64,000 bases of DNA, taken from NCBI GenBank assembly GCA_013265495.1, contig MU058844.1:3477895-3541894 (forward strand), given 5' to 3'. Below are positions 51,771 to 61,993 of the stretch, one piece after another. The stretch's first letter is position 1. Each line of letters opens with the position of its first letter. The position numbers and the translations under genes were made by a program. A model generated the notes under the pieces. It was given only the letters and a program-made list of their open reading frames with translations, did no database searches and was not told the origin of the DNA. The DNA is from Vicugna vicugna (taxonomy: Eukaryota).

Positions 51771-54248
51771 TGATCAGCAAGGTAAAATTTAACACATAAC
51801 GCAGACACTACCATTTTATAACTGGTTGCATGAAGTCAATCTTATCGAGCAGGGAGCAGGGTATGCTAAAGCAGCTTTGAAGGGACTGAGATGTTTGAAT
51901 TCCTGTGTGATGACCTGACATCTGAGCCCAGCCCTCCCTGCTATAAAGCTGTGGTAAGAGTATTCCTGCTACGCAGAATGATCGTGGTAGTTCGAGTAAC
52001 CATGGACAAAGCTTGGTGTGGAATTAACTGTAGCTATTATGTTGTTATTTTCAGGATATATTCAAATATCACTTTTGTAATTAACTCACCAAATGGCCTA
52101 AAACATTTGAACTGGAGTCTGGAGGCCCCTGGCGTTCCACTAACACATTCTTGGGGAATCTGTGAGCTCTGAAACGTGGTACGCTGAGCTAAAACATCCT
52201 TGTATCGTGGACACACATAGTCCTTTCCACTGACTGCTGAGGCAATACTAAGTTGGCAGGAAATTGTACCTCTTTAAAAAAATAATTAGTTCTTGTACAC
52301 AACAGTTATTTGTACTGCTCACACCTGCGTAAATAAAGGAACACAAGATGAGAAAAGTCACTCGAGGAAACGTGGCCCACACAAAGACGCACAGGGCAGG
52401 TATTCTGCATGGCCAGTGCCCAGGATGTTGCACACAGGAGGCCTCATGACATGACTGGGAAAGGTTCTGGGAAAATGAATATGTATAGTCCCTCACCTCC
52501 CCAGAAGGAAATGTAAGCCTAATTTCCCACTAAAGACCATCGTGGGTCTTTTGAAATAGTACAATGGGAAGCAAGGTGCAACTGTTTCTTCTCCAAAATG
52601 AAACAAAAAACAAACCAAAGAGACCAACAGTAAATGCGCTTGGCTACTGCAGATGCAGAGGTGCCAACCTCCCGACGACTTCTCACATGGACATTAACAT
52701 GTGCTTTCGCATTTCCTACTTTGTGAAAATAAAGGATAAGAGGGAAGAATCAATGAATGTCTTCCCACTGGAAGGAAAGAGACACAAACACCTGAGAGAA
52801 GAAACCCATGCTGCTACCTTTCCGTGAATTTCCTTACTAGAGACGAACTTTCAAAGAATATTCCTGATGAAGTCTCTGTGGGATCCTGCTCATACACTGT
52901 TGGGCATTCCACCAGGTGATGGGAAACAGAAACACAAGAAAGCTGACGAAGGGCGTAATCCTTAAGAGCTTAGCCTGACTGGGGCCAAGGTCTGAACGCC
53001 ACAGCAGTTCATCTTCTCTTCCAGGTTGTGCCATTCCGGCAAAGGGTGAAAGGGCTGTCTCCTTTGTAGGGAAGGACCACTCCGTCCCTGTGCCTGTGGA
53101 TGTGACTCTGACACTACTGCTGTCACATCTAACCTCCCCTGTCTCCCCCCCCCCCATCATTGCGTTATTTGGGAAAAATCACTAACCTGCGCTCAAGGAG
53201 ACCCCGCAGCTTCTCACCCTGGGATAAGCTGCACAGAGCAGCCGGAGGCAGTTCAATTGCAAACCAGGATCTGCAGTCATACGAAGTATTTTACTTTGTG
53301 GCTCGTATTTGTAACCTGCTTTGGTTTTCTCCATGCACAGCCCATCATTTTGTGTTACCTGAGTTTCCAACTGTTAGTCCTTTGGGCCCCTCGGGTTCCA
53401 CAGTTCCTGCTGTTCAGACAGAAGCTGCTGTCTTTTTGAGGCACCTGTCAGGAAAGCTCAGCATGAGTTCTGTGAACCCCATATGCCCTTTATTTTAAGT
53501 CAGACTATTTCTAACACATTTCTTAAATGCAGTTAAATTCTATTCAGAGGTTTAGCTGTTCTGAAAGCCATCAACTGTCACTTTGAGGGCCTCCCCGGGA
53601 CCTCTAAAATGAATCCTGAATATACCACAAGATTCCATTTTAAGTCAGACCTTCCAAAACACGCTCTCCCTATTAGCTGAAAATCTGTTAAACTATTTTC
53701 ACATGATGTGTTAATAAATGTCACTGCAGTCATAGAGATTACTCCAAGAAGATTAAAGGTCATGCTAACCCTTTTAGGTCTCGTAAATCACCAGTGTCCT
53801 CAAATGCAGGAAAATTCCTGCAAAGGAGGAGTTTCTCCAATAACCAAGCGAACATTTATAACTGAAAGATTCACTCTTAAGGAACTATCCAGGAAGAATT
53901 CAAGCACAAGTACTCGGTGCGCGCGCACACACACACACGCATGCACACACAGACACAAGGCTCTACGAAATTGTTTCTGTGCACTTAGGAAAATGGATCA
54001 GAGACAGTCTGCTGTATCCTCCAACCTTTAAATACAGCCCTCTACATGTCGATGACACTCTAAGCAGGGAACTGAGGTTCCTGGAAGAAAGGAAGCCTAT
54101 GGTTCTTTCAGTCACTAGAACTCTCTTGAGAGAACGTTTCCTGGGGGCCCAGGCAACGGGGCCACGATGAGGAGATTCAAAGCCAGATCACTAGCAACAG
54201 TGAGTCTGCTATGTGCAGAAATGAAGCAGTGAGTTTAAAAAACATCTT

Positions 54249-54830
54249 TCTATTTACAACAGCCAAGACATGGAAATAACATAAATGTCCATCTACAGAT
54301 GACTGGATAAAGAAGTTGTGGTATATTTATATAATGGAATACTACTCAGCCATAAAAAGAATCAAATAATGCAATTTGGAGCAACATGGATGGATCTGGA
54401 AATCATATTAAGTGAAGTAAGCCAGAAAGAGAAAGAAAAATACCATTTGATATCACTTACATGTGGAATCTTAAAAAAATGACACAAATTAACTTACTTA
54501 CCAAACAGAAACAGATTCACACAGAAAACAAGCTTATGGTCACTGCGGGGGAAGGAGGTGAGAAGGGATAAACTGGGTGCTCGAGATTTGCAGGTACCAA
54601 CTATTATATATAAAAGAGAATAGAAAGCTATATATAAAATAAACTAGAAAAACAACAAGGTCCTACTGAATAGCAGAGGGAACTATATTCAGTATCTTGT
54701 AGTAATCTATAATAAAAAAGAATATGAAAAGGAATATATGTATGAATATGTATGACTGAAACATTATGCTGTACACCAGAAATTGATACAACATTGTAAC
54801 TGAGTATACTTTAATAAAACAACAACAAAA
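54249..54830 (+). mobile_element. L1 ORF2 end plus 3'UTR
   Basis: ctatttacaacagccaagacatggaa...taagtgaagtaagccagaaagagaaagaaaaatacca closely matches 33708-33905. A-rich tail and possible aaaacatc TSD. Confidence 0.9.
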
Positions 54831-54944
54831 CATCATCTTTTGAGTACCTACTTTGTACCCTACCCTCGTGGTGTGTCACCTTGGCTGTCGCTAATCCTCA
54901 CAGTCCTCTGAGGTAGGCTAACTACTCCCCCTCTTATACACTGC

Positions 54945-55130
54945 TGAATCCCTTTCCTTGCTTTAGTTTTCCATAGCACTGTCACTTTCTTTTATACCAT
55001 ATTAATTATTTATTTTGTTTATTGTCTGTCCTCAGGAGAATGTAAGCTCCAGGAAGGCAGGTTTTCTTGTCTTTTATTCACTGCTGCATTCCCAGGACCT
55101 AGACTGAGTGAATGAATGAATGAATGAATG
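54945..55130 (+). mobile_element. L2 3' end with (GAAT)n tail, flanked by MIR halves
   Basis: gaatgtaagctccaggaaggcagg...ttcactgctgcattccca...tgaatgaatgaatgaatg. Confidence 0.75.
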
Positions 55131-56569
55131 GAGGCCCAGAGAGGGTGAATGACTTTCCTCTGTCAAACTACTCACTGGAGACATTGAAACTCAGGCCTAT
55201 GTGCTACACTGACTCACATCAGGAATGGTTAGTTGTGAAGATTAGAATCTAAGACATACTCTAAGGAAGAGCACCGCATTTACTGGCTGGCTGACTAATG
55301 AAGGCAAAGAAAACCACCAGATGTGAAAGGAGCAGGAAGGAAATGAGCCTAACTTTTGATACTTGACATCTTGTGCGGAAGATAAAATATAAATCTGTGA
55401 AGCCCAGAAAAGCCTAGTGGTCAAAATTCAAAACGCAGACCTCAAAATGCAAACTTCAGCAAGGAACAGTGAAGCACAGTGGGCACGGTCTCCACAACAT
55501 CCTGTGTTATGAGGATGTGGAAATCCTTAAGGGTCTGGAGTCAGGCCTCAAATCACCACCCCGCTGTTTGCTACTGTGTGACCTCAGGAAAATTCCTTAA
55601 TCTCTGTAAATGGGGATAATTTATATGAGTTTCCTGAAGACTGATGGAGATACACATGTATCCATGCCCACCATGTGGTAAATGCTCACTGCATATATTA
55701 CTTCTACTGTATCAGTTCAGTGTGGTTAGAGAACAGGGTGTTTAAAAGGGGACCAGTAGAGGGAAGTTAGAAAAGTAACTGGGTATACTCTGTATTTGAC
55801 CGTGTTAAACGATTTTGACCCTGGTCTGTAACAGCACCTGCTTTTCCTGACAGTTGAACTGAAATGGATTAAACGGCTTAGGGTAGTTCCTCAGAGGATT
55901 TCTCCTAAGACTAGGGAGTTCCAGGTGGGCTAGGCCTCAAAGGGCATCTTTGGGATGAAAAGGACGCGGGCCATTCTGCAGGTTAGGGGTTCAGAAATTT
56001 AAAAATTAATACCAACAGCCAACGGCACACTAACGTTGTTAGGACACTTCACTTTACCCATTTAATCATCACAGCGATTCAACAAAGCTGATATTTTTAT
56101 TATTTTCCTGATGCCAAAGTGGAAGACTGCAGCTTAAAAGAGATAGATGATACAATCAAGGTCGCAAATTTAGGAAGGAGTGGGAACACCATTCAAACCC
56201 GGGCCGCCCCACTCCAGAGGTCCTTTCTTCACACCGCACTTCTTAGGCCCGAGCGGTCAGAATGCCATTTTATAAAATGTGCTGAGGGACTGCAGGGTTC
56301 AGAAACATGGGTGAAGCGAAACGTCTGGATCTTCAGGTTTGACAAGTGTTATGACCATCCTCCCAAATTGGTGCCCCAGCTCAGATAACCGCACTTTAAA
56401 AACAGCTAAGTAGAAATGAATTTCCCTCCCTGCCTCTTCTGTTGGAGTTCCTGGGCTGAAAGATGTCACTCTTGTCAGGCCAGCCGCAGGGTATCCTGCG
56501 TCTCCTCGCCTGCAGGTAGGTCCCAGTAACAGGAAGGTCTTGGGAAAGGGACATCTGTTAAAGAGGTGG

Positions 56570-57950
56570 GAGCGGATCGGAGGCGTCGGCTTCAGCGCAA
56601 GCCTCCTCCAGCTAGAACTGGATGATATCCAGTGAAATATGGGAATTCTGTTCCAAGGGATGCCCAAAAAAGGCGCGAGGAGAGGAGTGCGGCAACCCCC
56701 ACCTTCGCCGAACACGCTCCTCCAGGGGCGGCCTGCCTGCAGCAGAGCTCCAAAATTGGCAACCTGGGCCTCGCAGCCACCTTTTTTTAGCCTACATTCC
56801 CCAAACCAGGGAAGAGGCGGGTGACTAAAAATGCAAATTGGAGCTGGGGCGGCAGCAGGCAGGCCTGTGGGTGCGGGGCTAGGGGAGACCCCACGACCTC
56901 AGATGCCCTCCGCTCTATCAGCGGTGGGCGCAGAGCGCCGGGAGGGCGCTGGGGAAAGCCGCTCCCCTCCGAGCCGCTGCCCCCGCTTCCGCCTCCCCGG
57001 CGGCGGGACAATGCGCGGCCTCTTTTCCGCCGGGGGTTAGGGAGGGGCGGCCGGATTAGGGCCCGCGCCTTCCGGCCGCTGCCGCCCCTCCCATCCCCCC
57101 GGCCCCCTGGCCGCGCCGGCCGCACACAGGTGGTTTTCCGCTCGGGAGCGGCAGGCCTCGTCACTTTTATATAACAATAGAGTTCTGCGCGCCGGGAATG
57201 CGCCTCCCTGCCGCCGCCGCGGCCCCCGCCCGCCACGCCTCCATCCGGCTCCCCGCCCGCCCTGCCCCGCGGTACCCGGGACGAGCGGGGCTGGCTGGCC
57301 TGGCCAGCACCTCCCCCATTACCTGCTTTCTCTGCAGCGCGGCAGACACGTTCCCCAGCACTCCCAGCTCTTCTCTGGAGCTCTTCTCCCGGCAGGCACT
57401 CCTCCTCCCCCCTCACCCGCCTTAGGCCGCTCAAAAGCCCAAATCCCGCTCTCGGCCCAGCGTCCGTCCTCCGGGGTCGCCCGACGCCCCTCACGGGCTG
57501 AGCGCGGAGGCCGCCGGTACTAATGAGAAGCGCAACGCGCAGGTGCGGGCGGTGCTCCGCCAGTACCCAGCGACCCGCAGAGGAGGGGGCTGCTGCTGCA
57601 GCAGGGAAGTGGGTAACCCGTCTCGGAAAGTCGGAGTGGGGTGGAAGTCTCCCCTTTGACATGCCTCTCGGTCTACAGTAATCAGTCGCCAAGCCTGTGA
57701 GCCCCCGCAGGGTTCAGGCCTTGCGGGAGGACTGACCCAAGCGGATGGTGGGGCAGCCGGCCCGGTTCTGCGCGCCTAGGTGCACCTCGCCGAGACAGCC
57801 CGTCCAGGCCGGTTCCTCTGTTGGAAGCTGAGCTTGCTGCCCAGAAATGATTAACGAGCGCGAACCCCCAGCGCGCAGTGGGTGACGGCGGCGGGGGTAG
57901 TTTGGGTCCCCGGAACAATGGCTCCTAACGCCCCAGGCCGTCGCAGAGGA
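56570..57950. promoter_or_regulatory. CpG island upstream of DUSP6
   Basis: Very GC- and CpG-dense sequence with GC boxes and an isolated TTTTATATAA at 57165-57174. Confidence 0.85.
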
Positions 57951-58539
57951 ATAAAAGCATTGGACTGCCCAACGAGTTTGTTTCTGCAGCCTTCACTGTT
58001 TAAAAAAAAATTAATTAAAAAGCTATTTTTAAAAAAGCTTGCTACCTATTATCTGGACAACCAAAGATTTGTTTCTTTGCTTGCTTAAAAATGTTTCAAC
58101 AAAATCCTGGTTTGTTTCAAAAGATGTTGGATTAGCATTTAACACCTCATCGGTCACTAAAGCCCAGGCAGTTCACCAGCCCCAACACAGCCTCGGCTAA
58201 AAGAACATCAGAGCAAACAGAACTGGGCTTTTTAAACTGGCAAACAAATGCCACACACTGCCTAAGGGGGAAGGGGGCGGTTAAAGTGAACTCCAGTCCA
58301 AATGAGTTTAAAGGGAATAAAAAGGGAAAAAGTCAGCACACGTTTCCCTAAAGCTAGCTTGCGCGCACAGGCGTCGCGAACAAGGGCTTTTGTGCCTGCT
58401 AATTGCACCATTTGTGCGCAAAAGTTCCGACGCGAAGTGTGAACTCTCAACAGAAGGAAACATGAGACAACTGAAGTGCCCTGGTTTGTGTGCCCTGCTC
58501 CTCCTCCGCCGCCGCCTCCTCTTCTTTCTCCTTCCTCCC

Positions 58540-58760
58540 GCCGAGCCCGCTGTTGCAGCTTGTTTGCACTGGAGCTTATCCGGAGCGGAAATTCCTTTCC
58601 GTTTTTGTGAATGACAAACTCATTAACAATTCATCAACACAACCTGTTCCAGCCGGCCCGTCCCCACGGCAACAGCCCCTTCCGCAGCGCGCTCATTGGC
58701 TGGCCTGGAGAATGTATCCATTGAGACGCTCGCTGTTTGTATCCATTGAGGAGCTGCCTC
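58540..58760 (+). promoter_or_regulatory. DUSP6: DUSP6 proximal promoter with ETS element and inverted CCAAT box
   Basis: ATCCGGAGCGGAAATTCCTTTCC at 58578-58600 (clustered GGAA/TTCC ETS cores), SOX-like AACAAT at 58625, ATTGG at 58695. DUSP6 is an established ERK/ETS feedback target. Confidence 0.75.
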
Positions 58761-58999
58761 GCGCAGGGGGTGTGCGAGTGCTGAGTCCAAGGGAGAGTGA
58801 GCAAATCGAGGCTTGAATAATCCGAGAAAGACGCCCGGGTGGATTTGAGGCGCAGCCTTGGAGGGAGGGATTAGAAGCCGCTGGACTGTTTTTTTTTTTT
58901 CCTCCCCTCTCAGTAGCACGGAGTCCGAATTAATTGGATTTCATTCACCGGGGAGGAATAAAACTGTCTGGGCAGCTTCATTCAGAGAGATTCATTGAC

Positions 59000-59840
59000 A
59001 CCAAGAGCGAGCGGCTGCAGCCAGGTGCAGAGGGAACCGCCGGCTTCACTTCTGGTCTCTCTTGCCCCAACCGCTCACCCGGTTTGGGAAGGGCGAGGTG
59101 GAATTAAAACCCATCTCCGAGAGCGGCGGCTTCTCGCGGCGCTCTCGGCCTATGCCTGCCCCGAGGGGCGTCTGGTAGGCACCCCGCCTTCTCCGGCAGC
59201 TCGACCCCCATGATAGATAAGCTCAGACCCGTGCCCTTCGCGTCGGAAATGGCGATCAGCAAGACGGTGGCGTGGCTCAACGAGCAGCTGGAGCTGGGCA
59301 ACGAGCGGCTGCTGTTGATGGACTGCCGGCCGCAGGAGCTGTACGAGTCATCGCACATCGAGTCAGCAATCAACGTGGCCATCCCGGGCATCATGCTACG
59401 GCGCTTGCAGAAGGGCAATCTGCCGGTGCGCGCGCTCTTCACGCGCGGCGAGGACCGGGACCGCTTCACCCGGCGCTGCGGCACCGACACCGTGGTGCTC
59501 TACGACGAGAGTAGCAGCGACTGGAACGAGAATACCGGCGGCGAGTCGGTGCTCGGGCTGTTGCTCAAGAAGCTCAAGGACGAGGGCTGCCGGGCGTTCT
59601 ACCTGGAAGGTACGTGCCGGGGGAGCCCCGCTCAGGGGGCAGGGCGCGGGACACGAGGCTGCGGGCTGCAGGCGGGGCACGCGGACTGCAAGCGCCCCTG
59701 CTGCGCTTGGCTGGCGCTTCTGAGCCGCGCTGCTGCGCCAGGGGCTGTCTACCCGCTCCAGGCTGCGAACCTCACTTGCCCCGCACCGCGAGTGGGGCCC
59801 GAGCAGAATCGACCGGCTTCCGGCCACAGGCACGGGCAGT
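59000..59840. promoter_or_regulatory. CpG island over DUSP6 exon 1 and intron 1
   Basis: High CpG density. ETS-type CTTCCGG at 59817-59823. Confidence 0.8.
59210..59609 (+). CDS. DUSP6: DUSP6 coding exon 1 (rhodanese-like MAPK-binding domain with [14 protein letters not shown])
   Basis: ATG at 59210 gives [41 protein letters not shown]..., recognisable as the DUSP6 N-terminus. Donor GAAG|gtacgt at 59609/59610. 400 nt, phase 1. Confidence 0.98.
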
Positions 59841-60220
59841 TTCTAACTAGCTCTCCTTCCTACCTGGAATATCCTTCACCTCTCCCTGCTTTCTATCTTT
59901 AGATTTTGAATTCAGATTTGCAGGACGGCAGAGGTCGTTGGGGTGCACATTGGCACCTTCCAACCCCTTAAAATATTCAGCAAAGTTGCCATTTTGTGCA
60001 TTTCCGGATTAAAAAGAATGAAGGTTCCCAGGGGAGGCGGGCCCATTCGTCCTATTCGCAAAGGTGCAGATTTAAGTGTCTTTCCCTTATATTTGGCTTG
60101 GGGCGGGGGGAGCGGTTGGTAGAGCGCTGTGGTGTGTTTCTGCGCCCGGCTGCGGCTCTCAAAGCTGTGAAAACTACTGCGGGATCTCGGGTTACATGAT
60201 TGCTTTTCTCGTTCTGGCAG

Positions 60221-60658
60221 GTGGTTTCAGTAAGTTCCAAGCCGAGTTCGCCCTGCATTGCGAGACCAATCTAGACGGCTCGTGTAGCAGCAGCTCGCCA
60301 CCGTTGCCAGTGCTGGGGCTCGGGGGCCTGCGGATCAGCTCCGACTCCTCCTCGGACATTGAGTCTGACCTTGACCGAGACCCCAATAGTGCAACGGACT
60401 CGGATGGCAGCCCGCTGTCCAACAGCCAGCCTTCTTTCCCCGTGGAGATCTTGCCCTTCCTCTACTTGGGCTGTGCCAAGGACTCCACCAACCTGGACGT
60501 GTTGGAGGAGTTTGGCATCAAGTACATCTTGAATGTCACCCCCAATTTACCAAATCTCTTTGAGAACGCAGGAGAGTTCAAATACAAGCAGATCCCCATC
60601 TCGGATCATTGGAGCCAAAACCTGTCCCAGTTTTTCCCTGAAGCCATTTCTTTCATAG
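60221..60658 (+). CDS. DUSP6: DUSP6 coding exon 2 (linker/NES and N-terminal half of the phosphatase domain)
   Basis: Acceptor ttttctcgttctggcag|GT at 60220/60221. Encodes [27 protein letters not shown]...[20 protein letters not shown]. Donor ATAG|gtgaga at 60658/60659. 438 nt. Confidence 0.98.
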
Positions 60659-61685
60659 GTGAGACTAATTAACAGTCCCCTTTCAGACTTTTAAGTGTAA
60701 AATTCCTAACCATTCCTAGAGTCTAAACTGTTAACCTTTCTTGTTGCTTGCTAATTTGTCAGACTGCAGGTTTCTAATGTTCCAAGGGCATTCTTAATTC
60801 TGTTTTATCTTCTTCCTAAGGAAATGTGTCTTTGGACAAGGCTGCAGACCACAGGTGTATTTGAAATGCTGTCTGCTTCTTAACTCTGAATGCAGTCATT
60901 TGAAAGGGAGACCATTCATAAGTAGACAACAGAATTTTCCTACAATCTGTGGACTAGGGGAAGGCCAGAGAGACGTGCTCGTGGTAGACAGAAATTCTAG
61001 CATGGCTTTGTAATTTTTAAAAGCCCTGGGAGTTGTTTTAGGACACCAAGTTAGTTGTTGGAAAGCCCTGTGAATGCTAGATGTTGTAATTCAGTTGAAT
61101 GCTACTGTGATACCGGTGAACAGTGAGACAGTGAGGGTAACCTGAGCCCAGCAGGAAGGACTGTGGGCTGAAAGCCTGGAGAAGCGAATCTCCAGGCATT
61201 GTAATGCATTTCCTATTACAAAGGAACTCATTTTCAGGCCATGTCGACATCCTGTTCCTCCTAATGGGCTGTCCCCTGTGACTTCCCTCTCTCTTTTAAA
61301 ATGCCTGAATACCTCCATTGTTAGCTGCACAACAGTTGGAGAATAATTTAATAGACCCTTGCAGTCTGCTTGTCTGTATAAAAGGCATTCACGACCATAT
61401 TGCAGGGCTTCTGGTATTCACATGCTGAGGCAAAGAATGCACACATTAAGGAGTTTTTTGCTGGCAGAAACTTAATACAAAAGCTCCCTTTTCAGAAAAT
61501 ATCTGAAATATGTAATTGTGCCCAGTGTCCATGTTTTATCACAGTGATACATTTTCTGATGCCTGCAGGGTTCAACTGCTGCACACGATTATTTTTTATC
61601 TTTTTATTATTCAGTTTTCAGACTGATTATTCACAAAGGGTGGTTTTCAGTCTACTGACATTTTGCCTTTCTTGTGTGTTTTCAG

Positions 61686-61993
61686 ATGAAGCTCGGGGCA
61701 AAAATTGTGGTGTCTTGGTGCACTGCTTGGCTGGCATCAGCCGCTCGGTCACTGTGACTGTGGCTTATCTTATGCAGAAGCTCAATCTGTCCATGAATGA
61801 TGCTTATGACATTGTGAAGATGAAGAAATCTAACATCTCCCCCAACTTCAACTTCATGGGCCAGCTGCTGGACTTCGAGAGGACGCTGGGACTCAGCAGC
61901 CCCTGTGACAACCGCGTCCCGGCACAGCAGCTCTATTTCACCACCCCCTCCAACCAGAACGTCTACCAGGTGGACTCCCTGCAATCCACGTGA
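61686..61993 (+). CDS. DUSP6: DUSP6 coding exon 3 (catalytic HCLAGISRS motif, C-terminus, stop)
   Basis: Acceptor tgtgtgttttcag|AT at 61685/61686. Encodes [32 protein letters not shown]...VDSLQST then TGA at 61991-61993. The three exons sum to 400+438+308=1146 nt = 381 aa + stop. Confidence 0.98.

Noticed and set aside
7702..56500. Exons of a neighbouring protein-coding gene such as POC1B
   Set aside because: No ORF in the track resembles a WD40 or coiled-coil POC1B segment or another host protein. Short exons and lncRNA exons cannot be excluded by eye.
56787..57692. 301-aa minus-strand ORF, the longest in the window
   Set aside because: Arg/Gly/Ala/Pro-rich with no recognisable domain. Long stop-free frames are expected in a CpG island.
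59104..59833. Antisense ORFs of 128 and 145 aa over DUSP6 exon 1
   Set aside because: Shadow frames of a GC-rich coding exon.
59610..59902. Continuation of the exon 1 ORF to 230 aa
   Set aside because: Read-through past a canonical donor into GC-rich intron 1. DUSP6 similarity ends at FYLEG.
61400..61685. 95 open codons upstream of exon 3
   Set aside because: Intronic sequence ending in the pyrimidine tract and acceptor. The composition reflects T-rich intron, not protein.
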